This document shows, piece after piece, positions 1-14,109 of a DNA stretch of 64,000 bases. Every line of letters starts with the position of its first letter. Positions within the stretch are counted from its first letter, which is position 1. The notes beneath the pieces were generated by a model that was not told the origin of the DNA, searched no databases, and saw only the letters and a program-made list of their open reading frames with translations. The translations under genes and the position numbers were made by a program. The stretch is from the human T2T-CHM13v2.0 reference genome, Homo sapiens. The stretch lies in the NCBI RefSeq assembly GCF_009914755.1, contig NC_060942.1, one strand, 5' to 3'.

Positions 1-382
1 CGTATGGAGAGAGAGAGAGAGAGATTTATTTTAAGGAATTGGCTCATGCGATTGCGAGGGCTGACAGGTCTGAAATCCGTAGGTTGGACTGGCAGACTGA
101 AGGCCAAGAAAAGAGTTGATTCTGCAGCTCAAGTCCAAAGACAGTCTGGAGGCAGAATTCCTCCCTCTTCTTCAGGGGACATTAGCCTTTTTGTCTTAAG
201 ACTTTTAGCTGATTGGATGAGGCCCACCCACATGATGGAGAATAATCTGCTTTATTCAAAGTCTACTGATTTAAATGTTAATCTCATCTAAAAAACACCT
301 TCACAGTGACATTTAGGCTGGCATTTGACCAAACATCTGGGCATCGTAGCCTAGTCAAGTTAACATGTAAAATTACCCAACA
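1..382 (-). repeat. MLT2-family 3' LTR (partial)
   Basis: ends gtcaagttaacatgtaaaattacccaaca (reverse complement of the MLT2 start); collinear with 7790-8141. Confidence 0.9.
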
Positions 383-660
383 CTAGTTCTTGCCTCGCCA
401 ACTTGGCACTCATATACATTTCTTGAAACAGTACTTAATCGTCAATAAAGAGTATAACAAGACACAATTCTGACTAACATGATACAACTATCCTGTATAC
501 AATCGAAAATACACTAACCCTTTCCCCAGAAGAAGAAATAAAGTCCTCGGGTGATGTTCGAGCTTCCCCTTGATATCCTGTAACTTCAATACTGTGGTAT
601 TAAGTCAATACATCTTAGGTTGAATGATAAGGAGATGAGAGAGGGAAGAAAACAAAAGAT

Positions 661-2179
661 GACTTTTATTTTTAGTTGACACATAATAATTGTACATATT
701 TATGGGGTACAGAGTGATATTGCCATACATGGATACAGTGTGTAATGATCAAGTCAGTAATTAGCTTATCTATCACCTCGAACATTCATTTCTTTGTTTT
801 GTGAACATTCAAAATCCTCTCTTCTAGTTTTTTGAAAGTATACACTAAATTATTGTTAACCACATTCACCCTGCAGTATTAGGGAACACTAGAATGTATT
901 CTTATTTAGCTGTAGTTTCATATCCATTAAGCAATCTCTCCCTGTCCCCGCTCCTACACTTCTGAGCCTCTGTTAAACACTGTGCTGTTCTCTACTTCTA
1001 TGAACTCAAATTCTTTAAGCTTCTATATATGAGTGAGAACATGCAGAATTTATCTTTCTGTTCCTGACATATTTCATTTAACATAATGTCCTTCAGGCTC
1101 ATCCGTGTTGCCATAAGTGACAGGATTTCATTCATTTTTATGGTTGAATAGTATTCCCCTGTGTATATATACCTCGTTTTCTTTATCCATTCATCTGTTG
1201 ATGGGCATTTAGGTTGACTTCATATCTTGATTATTGTGAATAATGCTGCAGTGAACATGGGGGTACAGGTCTATTCACAATAACAAAGACATGGAATCAA
1301 TCTAGATGCCCATCGACAGTGAACTGGATAAAGGAAATATGGTACTTATACACCATGGAATAGTATGCAGCCATAAAAAAGAATGAACTCATGTCCTTTG
1401 CAGTGACATGGATGCAGCTGAAGGCCATTATCCTAAGTAAATTAACACAGGAGTAGAAAAACCAAATACCGTATGTTCTCACTTATAAGTAGGAGCTTAA
1501 CATTGAGTACACATGGACATAAAGATGAGAACAAAAGACACTGGAGGACACTGGGGACTTCTAGAGGGAGGAGGATGAGAGGTGGGTGAAGGCTGAAAAA
1601 CTACCTATCAGGTACTATGCTCAGTACCTGGGCGATTTTTTGGTTTCATACACCAAACCTCAGCAACACTCAGTTTACCCATATAACTAACAAACCTACA
1701 CATGTACCCTCTGAACCTAAATTAAAAGTTGAAAAAAAATGTTACCTGCATTTTAGAGCCTAAAAACCTCCATGGGGGCACAGGTGTCCCTTTCATATAC
1801 AAATTCCCTTTTCTTTGGATAGATACTCAGTAGTGAGATGGCTAGATTGTATGGTAGTTCTACTTTTAGTTTTTAAAGAAACCTCCATACTGTTTTCCAT
1901 AATCGCCGTACCAATTTACATTCCCACTAATAATGTATAATAGTTTCCTTTTCTTCACATCCTTTCCAGCATTTGCTATTTTTGGTCTTTTTGATGATAG
2001 CCATTCTAACGGAGATGATATCTCATTGTGGGTTTGATTTTCATTTCCCTGATGATTAGTGATGTTGAACATTTTTTCGTATACTTGTTGGCCTTTTGTA
2101 TGTCTTCTTTTTAGAAATGTCTATTTATATCCTTTGCCCACTTTTAAATCACATTATTTGATTTTTTGCTGTTCAGTTG
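661..2179 (-). mobile_element. L1MA-type LINE-1 3' fragment inserted in the ERV-L and split by a younger L1
   Basis: L1 3'UTR/ORF2-end sequence on the minus strand; flanking TSD gaaaacaaa(a)gat at 648-660 and 2180-2191. Confidence 0.85.
1271..1739 (+). mobile_element. L1PA/L1PB-type 3' end with short poly(A), nested in opposite orientation within the L1MA
   Basis: ctattcacaataacaaagacatggaatcaa...catgtaccctctgaacctaaattaaaagttgaaaaaaaa; TSD catggggg(t/c)acaggt at 1256-1270 and 1771-1785. Confidence 0.85.
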
Positions 2180-2317
2180 GAAAACAAAGATTTTTGTTTT
2201 ACATACATATAACATACGCATATACAGAAAAAACATATTCATAACAAAATAGGAAGAAATACTCACTACAATTACAAATACTAATTTCTGTAACAGGTCA
2301 CATGGTCATAGCTGGTA

Positions 2318-2542
2318 TAAGTTGAGCATCCCAAATACAAAAATCCAAAATGCTCCCGCATCCAGAACTTTTTGAGTGCTGACACGATGCTCAAAACAAA
2401 TACTCATTGGAAAATTTTGGATTTTGAATATTCAAATTTGAGATGCCCAATCAGGTATAATGCAAATATTCCAAAATCTGAAAAAATAAAAAATCTAAAA
2501 CATGTTTGGTCCCAGCATTTCGGATAAGGGATACTCAAACTG
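2318..2542. mobile_element. Tigger4a-type (TcMar) non-autonomous DNA transposon in the end of ERV-L pol
   Basis: TIR-like gttgagcatccc ... ggataagggatactcaaactg with TA flanks. Confidence 0.85.
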
Positions 2543-4910
2543 TATTTGTAACTACCTTCTTCTGCCACCCATTCCATATTCCCTTTGCCCTCAGCAAGCA
2601 CCTCATGGTTCTTTACCTGGTGAAGTGACACAAATCTTCATTCTTGAAGGGTCTAGGACATCAGTAGTCTTGCCTGAATTGGGTTGTAGTTTTCCATTGA
2701 CTTTAATCACAAGACATGGTAATACTAAGAGACACCTTAAGTCATCTCCTGTATTCTAGACATATTCTTCCTTACCTCCATTTTTGAAGAACAGTTCATT
2801 TTCCCCTTGGTAATTAGTGGAACACAATTGCTTCTATCTTCATCTGTTGATTCAGAGGAATGAGGAAACCATGTAGCAGTCTTAACTTCCAGTTCAATAG
2901 AATGATCGTCACGTCTCCTGGTAGAAGCATTTCTTCCTCTGGAACTAAGACCTCTCGACCACCAGAGCAGAAGGCAGCTGGGATTGGAAGCTAGTTGATT
3001 ACTAGGGTTTATAGTGAGTGATGCCACTCCCATTTCTACCTCTTGATTCCTGAACTCGTGAATCTTGGCTATCAGAGAAACCATATGTTGTACAATGATT
3101 CAGAGCAGATACTGCTTTCTGGAGAAACTTGCCTCAGCCCCGCAAGGTACTGCCACCTAGTAGTTTTCACCTACAGTGAAAACTCACTGTAACTGAGTTT
3201 TCAAAAGGCCATTCCACTGTTGTATTAAGCCACCTGTTCAGGATGGTGGGGAAAGTGGTGAGATTAGTGAATTCCATGACCATGGGCTCACTGCTGCATT
3301 CCATTTGTTGTGAAGCGAGTTCTTTGATCAGAAGCAATACTATGTGGATACTATGACAGTAAATAAAGCATTCTGTAAGTCTACAAATGTAGTTTTGACA
3401 GAAGCATTGCATGCAGAGAAGGAATTTCTGTATCCAAGTAAGTGTCCATTCCAATAAGAACAAAACACTTCCCCTTCCATGATAGGACAGTTCAAAGTAA
3501 TTAACCTGCCACCAGGTAGCCAGCTGATTACCCTGGAGAATGGTGCCATATTGAGGACTTGGTATTGGTCTCTGCTGCTCGCAGACTGGGAACTCAGCTG
3601 TGGTGAGTGGAAGTACATTTTGCTGAGCCCAGGGATAAACTCCATCCCTGCCCCCATGGCTACTTTGTTATGAGCCCACTGGACAATGATAGAAGTGGAT
3701 GGGACAGAGGCTGCCGGGTATCCACAGAACAGATCCTCCTGTCTACTTGGGAAGCATTCACCTAGGACATGTTTCTTAGCCATTTAGAGAGGGTTTTCAC
3801 TCAGACCCTTCCCCAGATCTTCCTGTCACCAATTTTCCAATCATGTTCCTTCAAAGTCCCTGGCCATCCAGTCAAAGAATTGGCCACAGCCCATTAATCA
3901 ATATGTAATTTCACATCTGGCCATTTCTCCTTCCAAGCAAAGTGAACAACCAGCACACTGCTCAAAGTTCTCCCTACTGGGAGGATTTCCCTTCACCACT
4001 GTCCTTCAGGATGTCCCAGAAAGGCACAAATGTGCTGCAGCTGTCCACTTTCAGGTGATGCCTCCATATCTTGCAATACCTGGTCTAAAACAGGCCTAAG
4101 TTTTCTCTTTCTTTGTTAACTGATCACAAGGAACTCACCATAATGCTGTAGATGTGGAATGTAGCAGGAGTGTGGAGTGTGGCGTTCTTTGCATAGCTTA
4201 CTTGTGTAGAGGCTGCTTGGATCCAATCTTATGTATACCACTTCCATTTGATGACGGAATGCTGCTGTGCTTGCCCAACTTATGGCTTCGTGGGTCAGAT
4301 AACACCCAGTTCATAATGGTCAGCTCACATCACATAGTGACTTCATGGCCCATGGTTAAGCCTTCTGTCTCTACTAAGACCCAGTAGAAAGTGAAAAGCT
4401 GTTTCTCAAAAAAAAGTTATCTGCAGAGGATGGCTTATATGTAGACGGTGGCAGGACTTTGCTCCAAAATCCTAAGGGTCTGCACTGTCGTTCACTTATG
4501 TGGGCCTGCTGAAGGCTCCAAAAAGCATCCCTATCTGCCACTGACACTTAAAAGCACCATTAGATCTGCTCAGTCATATGCTTTAAGTGGCAGAACAGCT
4601 TACACAGCAGCCTGGACCTGCTGCAGAGCCTTCCCTTGTTCTGGGACTCACACTACTGGACCCTTAGAAATTTAACTGAGGTAGAAGACTCTGGATGTTT
4701 TATTGCATTTAATTTTTACCTCCTGACACCCAAATGTCTTACCAATAAGTCTAGAGTAGTTGCTACTTCTTGTTCACTAGCTCCAATTAGCATAATGTCC
4801 TCAATGTAATAGACCGATGTGATGCCTTATGGAAGGGAAAGGTGATCAAGATCCCTGTGACCTAAATTATGACACAGGACCAGAGTTGATAGACCCCTGA
4901 TGTAGGACAG

Positions 4911-5323
4911 TGATATAGTTTGGATGTTTGCCCCCTCCAAACCTCGTGTTGAAATCTGATCCCCAATGTTGTAGGTGGGGCCTGGTGGGAGGTGTTTGGA
5001 TCATGGAGATGGATCCTTCATGAATGGCTTAGTATTGTCCTCCTGATAGTGGGTGAGATCTCTCTCTGAGTTCACTTGAGATCTGGTTGTTTAAAAGTGT
5101 GTGATACCTCCCCCTACCTTGCTTCTGTTCTTGCTATGTGATGTACTGGCTCCCCTTTACCTTCTGCCATGGGTTGTAAGTTCCCTGAGACCCTCACCAG
5201 AAGCAGATGCTGGCACCATGCTTCCTGTACAGCTTGCAAAACTATGCCAATTAAATTTCTTTTCTTCATAAATTACCTAGCCCCAGGTATTTCTTTATAG
5301 CAACATAAAAATAGCCTAATACA
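4911..5323 (+). mobile_element. MST-family MaLR solo LTR inserted in the ERV-L RT region
   Basis: TG...CA termini (tgatatagtttggatg ... gcctaataca); perfect 5-bp TSD GACAG at 4906-4910 and 5324-5328. Confidence 0.9.
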
Positions 5324-7398
5324 GACAGTGAAAGTATATTGCTGGCCTGGCCAGTTGAAAACAAACTGCTTGTTGGTTTTTACTAAAGGTGTGAAGGAAA
5401 AAAGCATTTGCCAGACTAACAGCTGCATTCCAGGTGTCAGGTGATATGTTAATTTGCTCAAGCAATGAAGCCACATCTAGTATAGCAGCTGCAATTGGAG
5501 TTGCTACCTGGTTAAGTTTATAATAATCTACTGTCATTATCCAGGATACATCTATGTTCTGTACAGGCCAAATAGATGAATCGAATGGGCAAGCAGTAGG
5601 AATCACCACCCCTGCATCTTTCAAGTCTTTGATGGTAGCCCTCATCTCTGCAATTCCTGCAGAAATGTTGTATTGCTTTTGGTTGTACTATTTTCCTAGG
5701 TAGAGGCAGTTCTAATGGCTTCCACTTGGCCTTTTCCATCATAATAACTTCCACTCCATAGGTCAGGGAACCAATGTGAAGATTTTGTCAGTTGCTGAGG
5801 ATGTATATTCCAGTTATGAATTCCAGAACTGGGGAAATAACTACAGGCTGAGTTCAGGAACCCACTGCCCTCATTATAAGATGGACCTGAGTTAAAGCTT
5901 CATTGATCACCTGACCCCCATAAACCCATACTCTGACTAGAGGGCCACAGTGACATTTTGGGTCTTCTAGAATTGGTGTCAATTTAGAGCTGATGTCCAC
6001 TAATAGAAAGAATAGAAAGATCTGATTATTTCCTTTTTGCCAGTGTGTAGTCACCTTGGTAAAAGGCCATAGGTCCCTTTGGAAAAGGCTGGGAGAAAGA
6101 TTTACCTTATAAATGTTTGGCGGTGGAGTGGAGTTCTTCCACAATAGTACCTACTCTCCCCTTCATTCAAAGAGTTCTGGGTCTGTAAACCAGCTCAGGT
6201 CTGGTAATTGATTGAGGGGATATGACTCTATTTTTATGTTTCAAGTTAGACTTGTTCATTTGACCTACAACTCTTCCACTTCTACAAAGCAAGTCAGAAT
6301 TTGCTAGACTTCCCAGCTGTTTCACTTCCAGGAACACCATGATCAACTAGTCAGCATAGGTCTCTGAGTCAGACTATTTTGACTGCTGTTTCAACTCCAT
6401 TGTCCATTATGGTAACCACACCCGCCTTGCTTTTGGTGGTTTATTGCCACCACTTGGCTGCCACCAACCTGGGGCCCAATTACCCCCATTGCACTTAGGT
6501 TTTCCAACTTGATGGCAGCAGTTTCCACATCCTTGACATCTATTCTCACAGATATTCCTCAAATTGCTGTCTGTCTGTTTAAATTGGAAAAATCATTTAG
6601 TTCTTTTGAAGTGTAGCGCACCTTCTCATGGGTCATACTTTGTACTTCACCTTTCAGGGCTTGCTGGGATTTGAGTCCAGTTATCAGTTGATAAGGAAAG
6701 TGGGATGGGGGTGGGTCCTGAAGAGAATCAGTGGGGTCTTCCATGACAGCTGCCTCAGGGGAGGCCATTACAGTTTTCTCGGGCAAAGCAGGGTTAACCT
6801 GCTCAAACATGGGTTGGGGGGTGCAGTTGCTTCTTCTGACAAAGAAGACTCGTTGGAATTTAGGGGTTCAGTGTCCCCATCTTTGTCATGATCTTCCCAT
6901 ATGTCCCCAAAGCAATTTTCAAAGTCCTATTCCTTCCCAATCTATGCCCCCACTTTAACAGCAGATACTCTGCAAGGTTTGGAATTTAACTTGCATTGCA
7001 ATTCAGACCTCGCAGGATGAAGATTCTTGGTTTGGTTTTCTGCAGTCTCAGCTCTGAGGCTGTAGGAGATAAGGATTTCTTTCTAGGAAGGCATAGAAAC
7101 TTTCAGGTCATTTATGCTGCATCTGAGTGGGAATTCAAATCCCTCAACTCCTTTTCTTTCCCACTTTGTCCAGCCCAATTAGGAGCAACCAGCCAAGTTC
7201 ATTATGCCCATTAGTTTGACGGAAATGTTCTACGTTATCAAATACGTGGTCACCCAGAACCTTGCCTATCATAATTATTTGATTAGGAGTATCTAATAGT
7301 GATATTTTTGTGTATCTCTATTACCACATCACACCGATGACTATCAGTGCTTTATTCACTATTGGAACTAGAGTCATTAGTGCTTCTAAATCTAGTCA

Positions 7399-7593
<195 letters not shown>

Positions 7594-7611
7594 AAAATTC
7601 TGGTCCTCTAA

Positions 7612-7636
7612 GAATACTTCTCTTGGTACCAAAATC
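7612..7636 (-). other. Degenerate tRNA-Leu primer-binding site of the ERV-L
   Basis: minus strand reads GATTTTGGTACCAAGAG immediately after the 5' LTR, like the ERV-L GATTTTGGTACCAGGAG PBS. Confidence 0.7.
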
Positions 7637-8141
7637 TGTATTAGTCAGGGTTCTCTAGATAGATAGATAGGTACGTAGATAGAGCTTATCTAGTTACCTA
7701 TGTACATATAATATATATTGTGTGAGTGTGTGTGTGTGTGTGTGTATGTGTGTGTGTCTGTGTGTGTATGTGTGTGTAGGGATGGGGAGAGTTTTATTTT
7801 AAGGACTTGATTCACACAGTTGTAGGGGCTGGCAAGTCCAAAATCTGCAAGGTAGGCTAACAGGTTGGAGATGCAGTCAAGAGGTGATTTTGCATCTTGA
7901 GTCCAAAGGCAATCTGTAGGCAGAATTCCTTCTTCCTTGGTGGACATCTGTCTTTTTCTCTTAAGGCCTTCACCTGATTGGATGAGGACCACTCACATGA
8001 TGGAAGATAATCTGCTTTACTCAAAGTCTACTGATTTAAATGTTACTCTCATCTAAAAAATACCTTCACAGCACCATCTAGACTAGTGTTTGACCATTTG
8101 GCAACATAGTTAGCCAAGTTGACACAAAATTAACCACTGTA
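7637..8141 (-). repeat. MLT2-family 5' LTR with internal (TAGA)n and (TG)n microsatellite
   Basis: tgtattagtcagggttctc ... caagttgacacaaaattaaccac termini; homologous to 1-382. Confidence 0.9.
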
Positions 8142-8408
8142 GAACCCAAGAACATTTCCTCAGAATTCTACCACTAGGTAGAGACTTAACCTCTGCAGAC
8201 AGGCCAGCTGGGACTATGGGCCATGAGAGAAGACAGGTGGAAATGGCAGTAGGAGATCTGAGTGTTTGTCCTTCTGTCTGCCAATAGCTAGGGGAGCATT
8301 AGACACGCTTTATATGGAGTGGGTAGTGTCTTGTGGGGGTGCTTTATGCTATGTCAGTCATTCTCTAGTCTTTGTTCTGGATTTTTAGATCTTAGAGATC
8401 AGGGAATA

Positions 8409-8727
8409 CAGTCAACACCCAACACCCAGTATCCATGGGGGATTGGTTCCAGGACCATCCATGGGCACCAAAAGGCAAGGATACTCAAGTCTCTGATATA
8501 AAATGGCACAGTATTTGCAAATAAACTACACACATCCTCCTATATAAATTAAATTTCTAGATTACTTATAATACATAATATAATGTAAATGCTACATAAA
8601 TAGTTATATTACATTATTATTTTATTTGTATTATTTTTGTTATTTTTTAGTTGTGTATTTTTCTGAATATTTTTGATCTGTGTTTGAATGCATGGATCCA
8701 GAACCCACAGATATGGAAGGCTAACTA
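8409..8727. mobile_element. MER2 (Tigger-family) DNA transposon
   Basis: cagtatccatggggattggttccaggacc ... gaacccacagatatggaaggc; TA flanks. Confidence 0.8.
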
Positions 8728-9370
8728 TATGTGTTTTTGTATTTACCTCCACCGTAACACCTAGCAAGGGTGCTGCTGGAACACAGTAGGCCTTCAATCA
8801 ATGTCTGCTGGATGGATGACTGTAAAATAGGAAAGTGAAATGATAGTAAATTCTCTGGGTCTGCAAGTACTTGTGTCTCTCTGAACAAGTCACATAGCCT
8901 GTTGAAACTCCCAGGTAATTTGTAAGTGAGTAAACTAGCCGAGTTCCCCTCCATCAGTGAGAGTTTCTTTTACGTTTCTGATGACAACACAGGTAAATTC
9001 TGTCGTTCACCATCATTTACTAAAAAGCACTTTCAGAGAAATTCACCATACATGGGCTGGGCTGTCACAGAGAATGAAAATAACATGGTCTCGTCCCTGT
9101 GGGGGCCCCATGCGCCAAGGCTTAGATTCCAAGGCTACCTGTAAATAAATTACCAGAACTGGGGCTTTACCTTATGAATCTTTTCTTTCCTAAGGCTCCA
9201 ACTAGCATGGAATTTTTGAAACCTTGCAAACAAGGTTGTATCTTTTACTGTGTACACTACACTGGATAAAAATTTGGAAGTCAGATATACTAATTCATTG
9301 ATTTTCATTAATTCAGTGTGGGAAAGTGTAAAGAGCACCTCCCCAAGCACTGGGGGACTTGGGTAATTAG

Positions 9371-9616
9371 AATAATAATGTTAATAAGTGTGAACACTTC
9401 CTGAGCATTTCGGCTGTGCGAAGCATCGTGCTCAATGCCTTATTGCTGATGATTCTCTGATAACTTCATAAAGTAGGTGCTATTATCAGCTCCAGTTTAC
9501 AGAAGAGGAAACTGAGGCTTAAAGAAGCTAAGCAACTAGCCGTGATTGCAGGGCTGTTAAGTGGCACAGCTGGTACTGGAATCCAGATGTGTCTGACTCC
9601 AAAGACTGAAGCCCTT
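9371..9616 (-). mobile_element. MIR SINE
   Basis: core tttacagaagaggaaactgaggctta. Confidence 0.75.
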
Positions 9617-10322
9617 TATTAGAGACTAATCCATTGACTTTAAAAATGCCATTTAACTTCTGAACTTCACCATGTAATAATGGGATTCAATGAGATGCTC
9701 TCTCTAGTTTCTTTCAGTTCTTAAGATGTAGAACTCTTCAGCCGGAGAAGTCAGTCAGGTCAATTCCACTGCTCATCCCTCTCCAGAAGAAGGGTTTTTG
9801 CAATGCAAATGGGGACGACCTTGTGCAACTCCAGCCCATAGAAGTCTAGTCTCATAGAGACTAGTAGGGACCTGATCCAGTGGGAAGGGGGCCAAGAGGA
9901 GAATGAATGGCCAGCATCTGTTCTCTCCATCCACACGTGTTTATTCATCACTTAGCCAAAGATCATGGTAACAGCTTGGGGGAGGGAGGAAACTAGGATG
10001 CCTTTCCCATCCTTTTCAATGTTGCCTGCACCATTTTTTCCATGACTACTTAACTACACTAGACATTGAGAAAAGAGGTATAAAGAGAGGAGGAAAGAGA
10101 AGATCAGGGACAGTTGTAGGCTGATCTGGCCTGGAATGGCTTGCACTTGATATGGAATATCAAGTGGGATATGGAATTAAAGTGGCCCTCCAGTGAGTCA
10201 CATCCCCCATCAGTTGTTCCCTGCATCCTCCTCCTACAAATACTGGTTTCTGTAGGTGAGCAGAATCCCCAAAACCATCACCCAGCACCTGCAAATCTTG
10301 CTGAATATGAAATTCATGACAG

Positions 10323-10560
10323 CAATAAAAACTAGCAGTTATTGAGTGCTCGCTATGATAGGCATTGTCCCAAGCTCTTTTAAGTATTATCTTATGCAAT
10401 CCTCACAACAAGTTATCAAATAAAAATTAGTGTCACTCCCACTTAAGGAAGGAGAAACTGAGGCTTAGAGCAGTTGAGTGGCTTGTTTCAGGTTCCCGAT
10501 CTCATAAGAAGTGGAGCTGGAATTTGTGTTTGGGTCTTTCTGGCTCCACCCTCATGCTCT
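10323..10560 (-). mobile_element. MIR SINE
   Basis: core ggagaaactgaggcttagagcagttgagtggcttg. Confidence 0.7.
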
Positions 10561-10633
10561 GCTCCGGGACGTGGTTCTTCCCCCTCCCATACCTGCAACC
10601 CCCGCCTAAGTCTGATTGAATTCTTTCATCCAG

Positions 10634-10771
10634 CCTGCTGGTGTTCAGCCCTTGGATCCTACCAGATGCCCTGCAGCTCAGTGACTGGACAGTGTGAATG
10701 TCGGCCAGGAGTTACAGGACAGCGGTGTGACAGGTGTCTCTCAGGAGCTTATGATTTCCCCCACTGCCAAG
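10634..10771 (+). CDS. LAMA3: LAMA3 coding exon (138 nt, phase 1-1), one complete LE repeat CWCSALGSYQMPC...FPHCQ
   Basis: catccag| acceptor, G|gtagga donor, 8-Cys LE pattern. Confidence 0.95.
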
Positions 10772-11872
10772 GTAGGAAAGTCAGCAGATTGCTAGAGGGC
10801 TGGTTCCTCTCTGAAGTGTGTGCAGCCAGCCTCCCAGAGAAGCCTGCAAATCCCCCACAGACTCACCACTGGCCACCCCCACATCCTGCTTTCACAGATC
10901 TAGTCTGCTTGGTTCCTCACCTGTTCAAGTCTGGTTTGAAAACACGTATATCATATATGTACCCTCAAAGGAATCCAGAAATGATTTTTTTAACTAAAAA
11001 TAATGTAAATTTCCATGTGCTATACATGTGGGTTTCTTGGTTCACATGTCAGTTTTCTGTGGATAGCATTGTGGCATAGGTGACTCCTTTGAGTTAAAGG
11101 GGCCATTTGTTGTCTTCTGTCCCGAGGCATCATGCCTTCTTTCGCTCCCAGCTTGTGGTGCTAATGCTGGCAGCACTGTAATGTTTCTAACAGATCCACT
11201 TGCCAGCAGGCTTAGCAGGACCTTTGCTGTGTTTCGGGCCTCTCTCCCTGCCCTCCTCTGGCCTTCTGGGGGACCGTGTCATCGTACTTCAGCCCAAGTG
11301 TTGGGGAAGGCGGGTGGGATGCACTGGAGTCTATGCAGTTTGGAGAGAGTGCACTGAGGGGGAGATGAAAACCAAGCCTGCAGCTGTGGGACGTGGTTGG
11401 TATTCATCCCTCTGTTGATATGAGAGATTAAGGCTTGCCCATGTACCATGGCAGAGGGGACAGAAATGAGATGTCCACAAATTTCCCTGGGCTCCCTGGT
11501 GTGTGCAGCCAGAGAGCAGACCAGTAGCTCTTGTCAATTTCGGAGAACTCTTGCTACTGTGAAGAGGTGTTTGTGGAAGGCTGACCCAGACTATCCATCA
11601 GGAGAATGTGGTTTCTCAGACCCCTTCCTGCGCTTTGAAGACAGGACTGACTTCATTTCCCAGAATCTTCCTAACCAGAATCCTCTGGAGACCAGGTTTC
11701 CTTGAGGGTGGAAGTTGCAGCAGGCAGTCAGAGGTGGGTGCTTGCCTTTCAAAAGGCCTGAAGGTCCCTAGGATGCGAGGGCATCCTGCATGGGTCTGCT
11801 CACCTCCATGGGCCTCAGGAGCAGAAGGAAGTGCTGTGGCTGCCTGGCAGAGAAGCTGAGCAGCCACAGTCA

Positions 11873-12613
<741 letters not shown>

Positions 12614-13324
12614 AAGAGAGTGAGAGAGAGAATGAAAATCATCAAGGGGAAGCTGAGGCAGACAGAAGCAAACAAAGCCAATAGGGTTAAGGAACAATTT
12701 ATAAGCAAACAAGATCCTATTATGGATTTATTTAAATGATTTGAAAAACCAGACTCAGAACAGACTTACCCAGTTCAAACACTGTGTAATTGTAATACTG
12801 AAACATTGCAAGATCCCAATTTATTGAAGAGAGATTATATTTGGTTTGTAGTGTTATACTAAGTCAGGAAAACAAACCAATTGATTTTATAAATAACTTT
12901 AGTACGGGTGGGAACAAGGAGGTGTGATAATTAAAGATGTACTTAGAAATTCTAGAACGTCTTTTAAATGGGCAATTAAAAGTCTCTTGGTACAATATTG
13001 CCCTCTTCTGGACAATACTAATGATGCTCAAAATTTTAGAATCTTTCCCTAATCTCCTCCTTCATCATCAATTAGAAGTGAACTGTCATGAGTAGACAGG
13101 ATAGGGATTTGTTCAGTGGCAAAAGAGGTAATTTGGGGATTAAGGACCATAAATGTCATTCAAGATGCCTGACTATGAATTGCATGCAGACTTTGCCACA
13201 CATCTATCGAAAATATAAATGTAGATACACTATTTTTGAAAACAAAACGTTTAAAACTTGAAACATCAAAACAAAGAGAAAAACAAACTACCAGATAATT
13301 TAAAAATTTCTGAATCATATTCAG

Positions 13325-13371
13325 GTTCCAGCAGTGCTTGTGACCCAGCTGGTACCATCAACTCCAATTTG
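13325..13371 (+). CDS. LAMA3: LAMA3 coding exon (47 nt) GSSSACDPAGTINSNL
   Basis: atttcag| acceptor, TTG|gtaagt donor; phase 1-0 fits both neighbours. Confidence 0.92.
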
Positions 13372-13792
13372 GTAAGTAGACTATAAAAGGGTTGCAATTC
13401 TAACTATCTCTATTATTCTCATGCATATTAAGGACTAACAGTGTGGGCACTTCCAGAAATTAAAATAAGACCCAAGGCTAAATTGCTTAAAGAGGTCATT
13501 GTTGTTTTTCAAAGAGCATATGTGATTTTGTGATTTTTTTTTTCAAAAACAAAAGAATAAGATTTAGTTAAACTTGTTACTCTGGAGTCCTAGAGTTTAA
13601 CTCTTACTGCAGGTTTGTAGGTTACTCAGAGGGTGTTGCCTCTGTGGAGCCCTGCATGTAAGTCTGACAAACATAATTAATAACATTGAGAAAATCAATG
13701 GCCAAGGACACATTAAATAAAGTTGGCTGTGTACAAAATAATTACAATTTATTTTATATTATTCCAAGCACAATACCATGGTATTCTGAACA

Positions 13793-13807
13793 TTTTTTTT
13801 CTTTTTC

Positions 13808-13840
<33 letters not shown>

Positions 13841-14109
13841 TGCTCTTGTCGCCCAGGCCGGAGTGCAGTGCCGCGATCTCAGCTCACTGCAACCTCCGCC
13901 TCCTGGGTCAAGCGATTCTTGTGCCTCAGCCTCCGAGTAACTGGGATTACAGGCACGCCCCACCACACCTGGCTAATTTTTGTATTTTTAGTAGAGATGG
14001 GGTTTCACCATGTTGGCTAGGCTGGTCTCGAACTCCTGACCTCAGGTGATCCACCTGCCTCAGCCTCCCAAAGTGCTGGGGTTACAGGCGTGAGCTACCA
14101 CACCCGGCC
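13793..14109 (-). mobile_element. AluS
   Basis: poly-T followed by Alu body; TSD tattctgaaca at 13782-13792 and 14110-14120. Confidence 0.92.
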
